The position numbers were made by a program, and so were the translations under genes. From Diplonema japonicum (taxonomy: Eukaryota > Protista > Euglenozoa: Diplonemea), in the NCBI GenBank assembly GCA_964019335.1, contig OZ025758.1, forward strand, positions 62,001 through 126,000: a DNA stretch of 64,000 bases, written 5' to 3'. The notes beneath the pieces are model-generated. The model saw only the letters and a program-made list of their open reading frames with translations. It searched no databases and was not told the DNA's origin. Below, piece by piece: positions 1 to 9,604 of this stretch. The stretch's first letter is position 1. Every line of letters starts with the position of its first letter.

Positions 1-112
1 CTAAGTGCGGCTTCGCTGCTGCCTGCTTGTAGCGGCGCAATGCGCGAGTCTTTCCTGAACACGGTACTGGGTTTGGTATGATCAATTCGGCGAATTAATG
101 TTGACGTTTATG

Positions 113-319
113 TCAAACGTGATTCTGTGCACTGAAGAAGAAGTGGGCTGTGTCGAAGGGGGCAGGGCAGGGCTGAAGGGGCGTGGGTTTGATCAAGTGG
201 TAGGTGCAAAACCTCTCCCACTCCTTCTTGTAGGCTATTTTGCTTGCCGTTGGAAGCGTGTCTTCCATCACAGCTTTGGCCTTGGCTCGCTTCCCGGTCG
301 CCTTCGGTTTTCTTCCCAT
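113..319 (-). pseudogene. Possible relic of a tyrosine-recombinase (Crypton/DIRS-like) N-terminal fragment
   Basis: Short ATG-started ORF MGRKPKATGKRAKAKAVMEDTLPTASKIAYKKEWERFCTYH... The LPxxSKxxYxxxWxxF helix resembles the SAM-like N-terminus of eukaryotic YR elements. It terminates after 68 aa, has no catalytic domain in view, and lies next to an inverted repeat. Confidence 0.25.
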
Positions 320-339
320 TTTGCTAGAAATGACTTTGT

Positions 340-444
340 GGGAGTGAAATAAAGTACCTGATTTTTTCACGCCCAGCAAAATCACGCAACGTTTTGGCTT
401 AAAAACATGAGGGAAAAAAAAATCAGATACTTTATTTCACGCCC
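340..444. repeat. 28-bp imperfect inverted repeat (hairpin) with a ~49-nt spacer
   Basis: 340-367 is GGGAGTGAAATAAAGTACCTGATTTTTT. The reverse complement of 417-444 is GGGCGTGAAATAAAGTATCTGATTTTTT (26/28 match). Confidence 0.9.
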
Positions 445-517
445 TTTGCCGGCCTAAATTCTTTGAGAGAGCTGCTCAGAATTAAATAAATAAAAAAAAA
501 AAAAAAAATCAAGAAAT

Positions 518-967
518 TCAACAGACCTGCCTCGCCAAGGACACCTGCACGGCCGTTGCACCAAGTATGTTGGAGATATTCACCAAAGTGCTATGGCATG
601 CATTGTTGGGCTCCGAGTTGCATAGTTTTTGAGAATTATCGATATATACTTGGCTGCTCAAGAGAGTGGTTTGTGCTTGCGATAATGTGGAGGTGCAGAG
701 TAGTGCATGGTGTACGCACAGCACAGTAGTGCGATTTAATGCCCCTGATGCTTCTCGTACGCTAGTGTCCAGCCTCAGCACAGCAGGGAAGCACAAAGAT
801 CCGTTCCTCTGGCACAAGTCTATCGCCTTTAAATCATCAGCCACCGCCTCCCCTAAGTGCTGTGAGCACGTTCGCAGACCTGACGTGCACGTCACTTCAG
901 CCCCACCCATGCCCGTTGCAGAACTTGTGGTTACCACTACCAACAATATTAGGTAGTGCCGTGGCAT
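518..967 (-). CDS. Hypothetical secreted Cys-containing protein (149 aa)
   Basis: The ATG at 967 directly follows a long A-run, as in the other genes. N-terminus MPRHYLILLVVVTTSSA is signal-peptide-like. The sequence is homopolymer-free with about 10 Cys. TGA at 518-520; a CAG|GT at 526 could alternatively be a splice donor. Confidence 0.6.
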   Translation of the reverse strand: MPRHYLILLVVVTTSSATGMGGAEVTCTSGLRTCSQHLGEAVADDLKAIDLCQRNGSLCFPAVLRLDTSVREASGALNRTTVLCVHHALLCTSTLSQAQTTLLSSQVYIDNSQKLCNSEPNNACHSTLVNISNILGATAVQVSLARQVC

Positions 968-1132
968 TTTTTTTTTTTTTTTTTTTTTGCTTTTTTTTTT
1001 TTTTTCGGGAGAAGAATAAGAACAAAAAAATATTGAAACTGCAGGGAAAGAAAAAAAAAAAGCGGTTTTCCTTGATGGGGGGGGGGGGGGGTCAAGCAAG
1101 GGAAGGGACAGGGGGGGAGAGTGGGTCAGCCA

Positions 1133-1138
<6 letters not shown>

Positions 1139-1189
<51 letters not shown>

Positions 1190-1361
1190 GGTATCAAATA
1201 CAATTTTTTTTTGTCATGTTTCCTTTTTTTTTTTTCCAAACAACCCCGCAACTAACTACAACACTATCTCTCTCTCATCTCTGTTTAAGATTGAAAGAAA
1301 TACAAATAAAATTAAAAAAAAAGGATAATAATAATAATAATAAAACGGTATCAAGTACAAT
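1139..1361. repeat. 50-nt A homopolymer followed by a 20-bp direct repeat
   Basis: A-run at 1139-1188. AAAACGGTATCAAATACAAT (1185-1204) versus AAAACGGTATCAAGTACAAT (1342-1361), 19/20 match. Confidence 0.75.
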
Positions 1362-1609
1362 AATCATGAAAGATAACAATACTAAGATAAAATAAAATAA
1401 AAAAAGCAAGTGGGGTAGGAAGAGGGTCGCAGCCCAAGGCAGTGGTTAGGAAATGTGACATGCTGAAAGGTGTAAATATAGTATTTTAGTGTGGGATTTT
1501 TCCTCTCCGAAAAAAAAAAAAAAAAAAAAAAAAAAAACCCTGTGTATTGTGTGTGTGCGCGCCTTCCAAAGAATGATCCCCCCCAACCCGTTCATTACGA
1601 CACCGATAT

Positions 1610-1658
<49 letters not shown>

Positions 1659-2685
1659 TCGGGCACAAGTTAAACATAAGGTAGTATAAAGAAGAAAAAA
1701 AGAAAAGAAAAGAAAACAGGGACAGGGAGAACATAGATACCTTTTTTTTTTTTTTTTTTTTTTTTTTTGTGGATGGGTTTATAGCACAATTTCTTTTTGT
1801 TTATTTTCACCTCCTGGATAGCAAAAGATAGCAAAATCAAGTAGGAGATTGTGGATAATAAGGGGGGGGGGGGGGGGGGAGTTGAGAGGTGTGCCTTTTT
1901 TTTTATCGAGGTCCGAAATGCAGGCACAACTAACATCAACAAAAGCCACTGGTGGAGGGGGGGGGGGGGGGGGGGGTTTGAAGAAACAACAAAAAAAGAG
2001 GAATAATGGTGATGGTGCCTCCATTTTCTTTTTTCTTTCCTTCTTGACCTCAAATGTGGGGAAAAAAAAATTGTTGCAGAATCAACACGGAGAGGGGTTG
2101 CCTAAAGCAAGGGGAGAGTTTTTTCTTTTTCTTTTTTTTTTTCCTTTCTTTTCTTTTTTTCCTAATCAAGTCAAGCACACATCGAAAGGGCAAAGAACTA
2201 TCATCTTTACTCAACATAAACCAAAAAAAAAAGAGGTTTTTTTCTTCTTCTTTCATTGTTTTCAAACAGGGAAAAAAAAAAAGAAAAAAAAAATATTGGA
2301 AGTTAATCCAAAGACAGATGGGAGAGAGGAGAAGAAGAAGAAAAAAAAAAGAGAAAAAAAACAACAGAAAAAGAAACACGATAACTAAGGAAGGGCCATT
2401 CTTTTCTTTTCTTCTTTTCCCCTCTTCCCCCTGGGTTTTAAAAAAAACCTCATGCCATGACTTGTGTACGTAAAAATAAAAAAATAAAATAAAAATAAAA
2501 AAAACAAAAAAAAACCAGTGTGGAGGAGAGAGAGTGGTGGGGGTGGTGGTGGTGTCCAAAAAGGTCACCAATATACGGGGTTTATTCATTTTTCTCCTTT
2601 TTTTTTTGTTCCCACCCCCCCCCTTTTTTTTTAAAAATACAAAAAAATCCCTCTCTCTCTCTCTCTCTCCCCCCCCTTTGTTTTT

Positions 2686-3390
2686 TCAACAAAACCTCAA
2701 TACCAGGACACCGAAGAATGAGAGCATAGTGGCGGGCACTACGATGTACCACAGCATCACAAGGCCCTCGTCCGGGTCTGGCTGCTCTTCACTGTAAGTG
2801 GCGCCGACAACGATGATAGCTTCGGCCTGGCCTGTTGGAGTGGTACAAGTGGTAGTTCCCGCTGACTCGGGAACAGCACGCGGAAGCACCACTTTAGTGT
2901 ATGGGGGCGTGAGGGGAAAGTGCTTCCTTCGAGGCAGGGCAATCGGTTTATTGAAATGCCTTTGCTGCCGAGACGGTGGAGGGGGCACCAAGGGTGGAGG
3001 TCTCGCCTGGGGTTTAAGCTCGTTGAAAACAGCCGACACCGACAGAAAAAATTTGTGATAAGTTGTGTGCAAAAGCCTGGCTGCTTTTTCGCCGTCTGCC
3101 ACCGTTTCCCTGATCGCCTCCTCATCGTTTTCAAGAACCTCGAGACCCAGTCCTTCTGTGCTTAGCGATATAGATGAAAGGGAAATGGGGCTTGCTCCCA
3201 CTCCTTGGGAACCGACAACGCACCATGACCCTGCAGAGGTCGGGACAGGGCTGTGCCACCATCTGTTTCTGCCAGAGTCGTTTGGTTCTTCTTCTGTGAG
3301 GCTGCTCTTGCCTCCTATTTTTTCACCACCCCAGATGCTGTTTGTACTGGAAGACGGAGTAATGCTCGGACCGCGTAGTGACTGGTCCAT
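2686..3390 (-). CDS. Hypothetical tail-anchored membrane protein (234 aa)
   Basis: ATG-started ORF that exactly fills an island of complex sequence between homopolymer spacers. Ser/Pro-rich, probably disordered body, with one C-terminal hydrophobic segment (LVMLWYIVVPATMLSFFGVLVL) followed by RFC-stop. Confidence 0.65.
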   Translation of the reverse strand: MDQSLRGPSITPSSSTNSIWGGEKIGGKSSLTEEEPNDSGRNRWWHSPVPTSAGSWCVVGSQGVGASPISLSSISLSTEGLGLEVLENDEEAIRETVADGEKAARLLHTTYHKFFLSVSAVFNELKPQARPPPLVPPPPSRQQRHFNKPIALPRRKHFPLTPPYTKVVLPRAVPESAGTTTCTTPTGQAEAIIVVGATYSEEQPDPDEGLVMLWYIVVPATMLSFFGVLVLRFC

Positions 3391-3838
3391 TCCTTCCTCT
3401 CCCCCTCCCTTGCCCCCCCCCCCCCCCCCCTCCTCCTCTCCCCCTCTTTTTTTTTAAAGGGGGGCGGATGGGAAAAAAAAATAATAATAAGAATAAAAAA
3501 AGCCCACGACCGGTGCTCGGAAGAAAAAAAAAGAGAAAAAAAAAATGGGGGAGGGGAAAGGGCTGTGTGAAAGGGGGAAAACCAAAAGAAAAGAAAAGGA
3601 GATGGGGGAAAGAAAAGAGGGATTCGGGGGGGGGGGGGGGGGGGGGAGATATGCCAAAAGATATGAATGGCATTTTATTATTTTTTTATTTTTTATTATT
3701 TATTTCCCCTTTTTCCTCTTCTCCCCCCACCCTGTCCCGGGGCGGGTTATTTTTCACAAATTTTCATAAACGTTTTGTTGCTGTGGCCTTTTTTTTTTCT
3801 CCCCCTCCTTCCCCTCCCTCCCTCCCTCCCTCCCATCG

Positions 3839-3870
<32 letters not shown>

Positions 3871-4023
3871 CTCTTCAAAGAAAAAAAACACAAGGGGAAA
3901 AAATGGGGAGGAAGGTAAAAAAAAAAAAAAAAAATGGGAAAGACAGAAAAAAAAAACTTTTTTTTACACTAAAAAAAAAAAAAAAAAAAAAACTAACTCA
4001 CGTTTCTTTTTTTTTTTTCCCTT

Positions 4024-5634
4024 CTAAAGGGGGATGTTCCCGTGCTTCTTCCAGGGGTTGGTGCTGGCCTTGTCCTTCAACCTTTCAAGGTCTTCACAGA
4101 TCTGAATAAAAAAAAATTTTTTTTTTCTCCTCCCCACGATCATATTACATACCAGCTTCCTTGTCTGCGAAGGTTTGATCACAGCGTCAATGTAGCCCTT
4201 CTTGGCAGCCTCTGTAGGCGTGCAGAATTTGTCTTGATACTCGGTCACCTTGGCCTCGAGCTCCTCGGCTGTTTTCACGTTTCTGTGGATGATCTCGCAG
4301 GCACCCTTGGCTCCCATCACCTTTATTTTTTTTTTAAAAAAAAAATTTTTTTTCTCCCCCCCCCAATATACCGCAATCTCAGCAGTGGGCCAAGCATAGT
4401 TCATATCCCCTCTAATATGCTTGCTGGACATGACATCGTAGGCCCCACCATAGGCCTTTCTCGTGATGACGGTGATTTTGGGAACGGTTGCTTCACAGTA
4501 TGCGTAAAGAAGCTTTGCACCATGGCGGATAATCCCGCCCCATTCCTGCCCGGTACCAGGGAGGAATCCGGGGACATCCACAAATGTGATAATGGGGATG
4601 TTGAAGGCGTCGGCGAAACGGACAAAACGAGCGGCTTTTGTGGATGAATCGATGTCGAGGACCCCCGCGTTGTGCTCCGGCTGGTTCGCGATCACCGCGA
4701 CCGTCTTCCCCTCCATGCGCGCAAAACCCGTCAAAATATTTTTCGCATACTTCGGCTGCACCTCGTACCAGCTTCCTTCATCAATAACAGGCAAGATAAC
4801 CGAACGCATGTCATAAGCCTGTGTGGACTCAGGCGGGATGACCCTGTTCAAGACAGAGCAGTCTCTGTCCCTAGAATCGCTGTGTTCGTACACAGGCGTG
4901 CCTGATTTGTTGTTTAAAGGAAGGTAGGAGTAGAATGTTCGCAGTTTCTGGAGAGCTTCAATTTCGTTTGTGAAAGATCCGTGAGACACACCCGACTTGA
5001 CGTGGTGGGTGTTCGCGCCGCCGAGCTCTTCCTTGCTAACTACTTCGTGTGTCACAGTTTTGACCACATCAGGGCCCGTTACAAACATGAAGGAATTGTC
5101 CTGAACCATAAACGTGAAATCTGTCAATGCTGGGGAGTACACTGCTCCTCCCGCACAAGGGCCCATGATGACTGAGATTTGCGGTACAACACCCGACGCC
5201 ATTGTGTTGCGGAGGAAGACGTCCGCGTACCCTGCCAAGGATGTGATGCCTTCTTGGATCCTTGCACCACCAGAATCGTTCAGCCCCACGATCGGAACCC
5301 CAACACGCATTGCCTCGTCCATAATTTTGCACATTTTCTGTGCGTTGGTTCCCGACATAGAGCCGCCCAGAACCATGAAATCCTGGCTGAAAACGTATAC
5401 GGGTCTGCCGTGGATTGTACCCGTGCCCGTCACCAAGCCGTCGCCCTCAGGGTGCGTCTTCCCGAGACCGAAGTCGGTGCAGTTGTGGACGACCCCTGCG
5501 TCCCTCTCTCTGAAGCTTCCTTCGTCGCAGAACAGCTTCACCCTCTCCATCGCTGTCAGCTTATGCCTTGCATGCTGCTTTTTAATGGCTGCCTCGCTTG
5601 CCCATCTGCGTGCCACACCACGGATAGATAGCAT
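4024..5634 (-). CDS. PCCB: Propionyl-CoA carboxylase beta chain (carboxyltransferase), mitochondrial; exons 5634-4372, 4320-4153, 4101-4024; 502 aa spliced
   Basis: Carboxyltransferase motifs [49 protein letters not shown] and C-terminal [10 protein letters not shown]. Short Arg-rich presequence [13 protein letters not shown]. Removing two GT-AG inserts restores the conserved AEIA|VMGA and RKL|ICEDL. Confidence 0.95.
   Translation of the reverse strand: MLSIRGVARRWASEAAIKKQHARHKLTAMERVKLFCDEGSFRERDAGVVHNCTDFGLGKTHPEGDGLVTGTGTIHGRPVYVFSQDFMVLGGSMSGTNAQKMCKIMDEAMRVGVPIVGLNDSGGARIQEGITSLAGYADVFLRNTMASGVVPQISVIMGPCAGGAVYSPALTDFTFMVQDNSFMFVTGPDVVKTVTHEVVSKEELGGANTHHVKSGVSHGSFTNEIEALQKLRTFYSYLPLNNKSGTPVYEHSDSRDRDCSVLNRVIPPESTQAYDMRSVILPVIDEGSWYEVQPKYAKNILTGFARMEGKTVAVIANQPEHNAGVLDIDSSTKAARFVRFADAFNIPIITFVDVPGFLPGTGQEWGGIIRHGAKLLYAYCEATVPKITVITRKAYGGAYDVMSSKHIRGDMNYAWPTAEIAVYWGGEKKNFFFKKKIKVMGAKGACEIIHRNVKTAEELEAKVTEYQDKFCTPTEAAKKGYIDAVIKPSQTRKLVCNMIVGRRKKKFFFIQICEDLERLKDKASTNPWKKHGNIPL
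4102..4152 (-). other. Spliceosomal intron 2 of PCCB (51 nt, phase 0, no in-frame stop)
   Basis: CTG|GTATGTAAT...A-run/T-run...ATTCAG|ATC. Translates as the non-homologous insert [17 protein letters not shown]. Confidence 0.9.
4321..4371 (-). other. Spliceosomal intron 1 of PCCB (51 nt, phase 0, no in-frame stop)
   Basis: GCG|GTATATTG...AAATAAAG|GTG. Translates as the non-homologous insert [17 protein letters not shown] inside the conserved [10 protein letters not shown] motif. Confidence 0.9.
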
Positions 5635-6276
5635 TTTTTTTTTATTTTCCCCCTCCCTCTCCCTCTTTTTTTGGGGGTGGGGGTGGGGTGGGTTTTTTTT
5701 TTTTGCAGCATTCTTTTTTTTTTTTCAGAAAAAAAAAATAGTAGTTATTAAAAAAGAAATGAAGTGTGGAAAATGAAGGGGGGGGGGGTGATCAGAGAGG
5801 GATGAAACATTTACCTTTTTAAACTTTATTTTTATTTTATATTTTTTTTTTACCGAATTTCGGTCGAACTTTAAGGGGGGAGGGGGGTGATAAAATAAAA
5901 AAAGGAGGGATATCAGAAACGGTTTGAGGTAGAGGCGAGGAGAAAAAGAGGGGGGGGAAAAAAAGAAGAGCAAAAGGGGGTGTGTGTGGGAAGGGGGGCT
6001 CGTCTTTTATTTTTCCCTCTCCCCTCAGTATTTCTTTTTCGTCAGTCACCCCTTTCCCCCCACCACCGTTTTCCATTCAAAAAAAATTGAATTATGGAGG
6101 GGGAAAAAAAAAAGCCACCAAAAAAGAATTTAAGAAAAAGAATTGGCGGGGGGACAGGGGGGGGGGGGGGGGTCAAAGCCATTCTTTCGTTGTTTTCTTG
6201 TTCTTTTAGGGGAAAAAAAAAAAAAAAAAAAAAACACACTACAAAAAAAAAAAAAAAATTAATAATTTAAAACAAC

Positions 6277-7523
6277 CTACAGCGCCTTGAGGCCCTCGGG
6301 GATGTTGAGGGTCTTGGGCTTCTCCCAGGTGAACCCCTTCTCGGAGGTCCTACCGAAGTGGCCCATGGAGGAGGTCTCGGAGTAGATGGGCCTCCTGAGG
6401 TCGAGGTCCTTGATGATGTCGTAGGGCCTGAGGCGGTAGTTGTTGTTGATGATCTTGAGGAGGTCCTCGTCGGAGTACTTCCCGGTGCCGTAGCTGTCCA
6501 CGTAGACGGAGAGGGGCTCCGCAACACCGATAGCATAGGCAAGCTGCACAATGCACCTCTTGGCAAGACCGCCGGCAACGATCGACTTGGCGATCCACCT
6601 GGCAGCGTAGCACGCAGACCTGTCCACCTTGGTGGGGTCCTTCCCGGAGAAGGCACCACCACCGTGCGCACCCCACCCACCGTAGGTGTCCACGATGATC
6701 TTCCTCCCGGTCAGACCAGCGTCACCCTGCGGCCCACCGATCACGAACCTGCCAGAGGGGTTCAAGTGGTAGATGGTCTGTTAATTTTTTTTTTTTATGT
6801 TTTAAGGGGGAAAAAAAAAAGAAATTTATTGTGTACCTTTTCGTCGAGGTATTTTGCGGGGATGACCTCCTTGCAGAGGGCCTTGAGGTCCTCCCTGATC
6901 TTCTCGTTGGTGACCTCCTCGCAGTGCTGGGAGGAGATGAGGATGCAGTGCACGCGGAGGGGGGTCAGGAGCTTTGCGGCGCCCTTCTCCTCGACCCTGT
7001 ACTCGACGGTGACCTGGGTCTTGGCGTCCGGGCGGGCCCATGCAAGGGTGCCGTTGTTACGCTTCTCGGAGTGCTTCTGGGCAAGCTGGCGAGCAAGCTC
7101 GTAGGAGAGGGGCATCAGTGTCTCGGTCTCGTCGGTGGCGTACCCGAACATGAGGCCCTGGTCACCGGCACCGAGGTCGCCCTCGTGCTCGTACTGGGTG
7201 CACTGGCCGATGTCGGGGGACTGCTGCTCGATGGCGACGAGCACGTTGCAGGTCTTGTAGTCGAAGCCCTTCGCGGAGTCGTCGTAGCCGATCTTCTTGA
7301 CCGTGTCGCGGAGCACTGTCTGGTAGTCCACCACGGCCTTCGTCGTGATCTCACCGAACACCATCACCATCCCTGTCTTGCAGCAGGACTCGCACGCCAC
7401 CTTCGACATGGGGTCCACAGCAAGGCACGCGTCCAGCACAGCGTCGGAGAACTGATCGCACATCTTGTCAGGGTGACCCTCTGTCACGTGCTCAGACGAA
7501 AACATGAAAGTACGGGTGGACAT
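6277..7523 (-). CDS. MAT: S-adenosylmethionine synthetase (canonical MAT, not MATX); exons 7523-6837 and 6777-6277; 395 aa
   Basis: Motifs [39 protein letters not shown] and [16 protein letters not shown]. The two ORF-track fragments join via a GT-AG intron to give YLDEK|[11 protein letters not shown]. Confidence 0.97.
6778..6836 (-). other. Spliceosomal intron of MAT (59 nt, phase 0)
   Basis: AAG|GTACAC...AAAATTAACAG|ACC. Removal restores the reading frame and conserved sequence. Confidence 0.92.
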
Positions 7524-7916
7524 TATTATTTTTTTTTTTTTTTTTTTTTTTTTTCCCGTGAAAATGAAACTGCAATAGCCTAAATGTGCGTGGGATTTTT
7601 TTTTTTTTTTTTTTTTCCGGCGAATTGTAAAAAAGAAAGAGAGAGGAAAAGATGAAGATAATGGGAATGGGGGGGTGGGTGTAATGATGGGGGGGGGGGG
7701 GGGGGGGGTTGTGAATTAAAGAAGGATTCAGAGTATATAAACACATATAAATATATATTTATTTTTACAAAAAAGGGGGGTGGCGAGGGAGGGGGGGACA
7801 TAAGGAGAAAAAAAAATTTAAAGAAGAGAAAATGATCGGGGGGAGCAAAAGAATCGAAAAAAAAAAATAGTCGAGAAATTAAGAGGAAAACTCTTTTTTA
7901 GGAAAAATAAAAAAGG

Positions 7917-9240
7917 GGGGGGAAAATGGGGTGCAGAAGCCAACACACCGGTAGGAGAGAATGAAAAAGGGAAGTTTTTTTTTAAAATAAAACACTGGGT
8001 CTGGAACACCCATTTTTTATTTTTTTTATTTTTTGTTTTCTACATTCCCTCTTCATCTTTTCCTTTGGGTTCTGCTTTCCCCCCCCTTTTTCTTTCCTTT
8101 CTGAACTACTCTTTACATTTTCTCTTTCTTTTTTTTTTCTTTTTGGTATTCTTTTCCAAATTCCCAATCACTATGAAGTTCCCCTCGAAATTTTCTTTTT
8201 TTCCTTCCCCCACCTCACCTCCCCCTTTTTTTTTTCACTCTTTCTTTTTTTTTTTTTTTTTAAATCCCATTTGATTCACTCTCCCCATCTCACACACTCC
8301 CTTTGTTCTTCACTGGTTATTTTTTTTTTGTTGAAAAAAATATAAAAATTTCGCATTATGGAAGAGAGAAAGAAGGTCGTGGGGTGGGTTAATAAACGGG
8401 AAAAAAAAAAGGAAATTTGTTGTTTTGAAGGAGGGGGTTTGGTGTAAATATATAAGTTTTCTTTTCTTTTTTTTTTCCCTCTCCCTTTTCGGAGTTACCA
8501 AAAAAGGAAAGAGAAGAGAAAAAAAAAAAAGTAATAAAGAGGAAAAAATAAAGTGCTGAAGCTGTTGCCAAAGAAAGAGGGAAAAAGAAGAAAGAAAGAA
8601 AGAAAGAGGGGGAGGAAAAAAAAAAGAAGAAAAAAAAGGGGGGACCTTATACAGTAGTTGCAGCAAAACTAAATTGGCGGCAATCAAATCCCATTTTTTT
8701 AAAAGAAAGTTTAAAAGGGTTTTCGTCAAGTTTTCAAGGACAGGAATCTCAAGGAGTTTTTTTTGGGGGGGGCCTTGGGGAGGATTATAAAAGAGAGGGG
8801 AGAAAAAATATAAAATATCGAAGACCGAGACTCTCCTTCTTCATATTTCAATATTCTTACCCCCCCCCCCCTGTTGTGTGTTGTTCAGGTAAAGATGCCC
8901 ACCACCAAGACGAAAAAAAAAAAAAAACTCAATTTATCCTCCTGACTTGTGTTGTTAAAAGTTATATTATATTCTTCATATTTTCAAAAAGATCCACATT
9001 CCAAAGGACCTGGCCATTTTTCCTTACTTGAAAAGAAACATGTAGTGGGGGAGGGAAAGGGAAAGGGAAAGGGATTTTGGCAAAGCTAACAAGGGGGTGG
9101 AGAGGGGATGTAATTTGAGGTACCTATAGAATACGAACCCTCAAGTGAGGGTCCCCTTTGGCAGTGAAGAAGAAAAAAAGTTTTTTTTTTTGTATCGTTT
9201 TTGGATGGGGAGAGGAATGGTAAGTTCAAGAATTCAAAAA
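7917..9240. repeat. Diverged paralogous 3' flank of giant gene copy 1 (homologous to ~53828-54865)
   Basis: Colinear shared islands: GGAAAATGGGGTGCAGAA (7921/53830), GGGTCTGGAACACCC (7997/53902), TGCAGCAAAACTAAATTGGC (8659/54285), TTCTTCATATTTC (8837/54424), ATTCCAAAG (8998/54611), GAGAGGAATGGTAAG (9210/54834). Confidence 0.85.
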
Positions 9241-9604
9241 AAAAAAAAAAATGAGGATGAGAAAAAAAGGAGGGGATAAAAAGAAGAAGAAAAAAAGCAA
9301 GAAAAAGAAAAAGAAGAAGAAAAAAAAATTTTTTTTCTCTTCCTCTTTTTTTTGTCCTCCTCGCCTTTTTATTTTTATTTTTATTTTTTGTTCTTTTTGT
9401 CCCCCCTCTTTTCCTGTCGCACTCAAGAAGAAAAAAAAGGGCGTGTACACAGGCGCAGAATATGCAACAAAACCAGAACTGAGTGGAGAAAAAAAAAATC
9501 GAAAAAAAAGAGAGAGAAAAAAAAAGAAGAAAAACGTTCGTAGCGGTAAAGCGATAAAATCTTATTTATATTTCTTTCCCCTCACTCACCTTTTTTTCGC
9601 AATC

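Noticed and set aside
4024-5634. PCCB as a continuous 536-aa protein
   Set aside because: The two K/F-rich inserts have GT-AG ends and interrupt conserved motifs, so they are introns.
6277-7523. MAT as a split or frameshifted pseudogene, or as MATX
   Set aside because: A 59-nt GT-AG intron restores a full 395-aa protein. Its length and motifs fit canonical MAT without MATX-type insertions.
4024-7523. Functional clustering of MAT and PCCB (methionine-to-propionyl-CoA link)
   Set aside because: Two adjacent housekeeping genes in a directional cluster are no evidence of co-regulation.
1491-9543. Many K/F/G/P-rich ORFs in spacers, and the 5' extension of ORF 518..1099
   Set aside because: They are translations of homopolymer runs, not genes.
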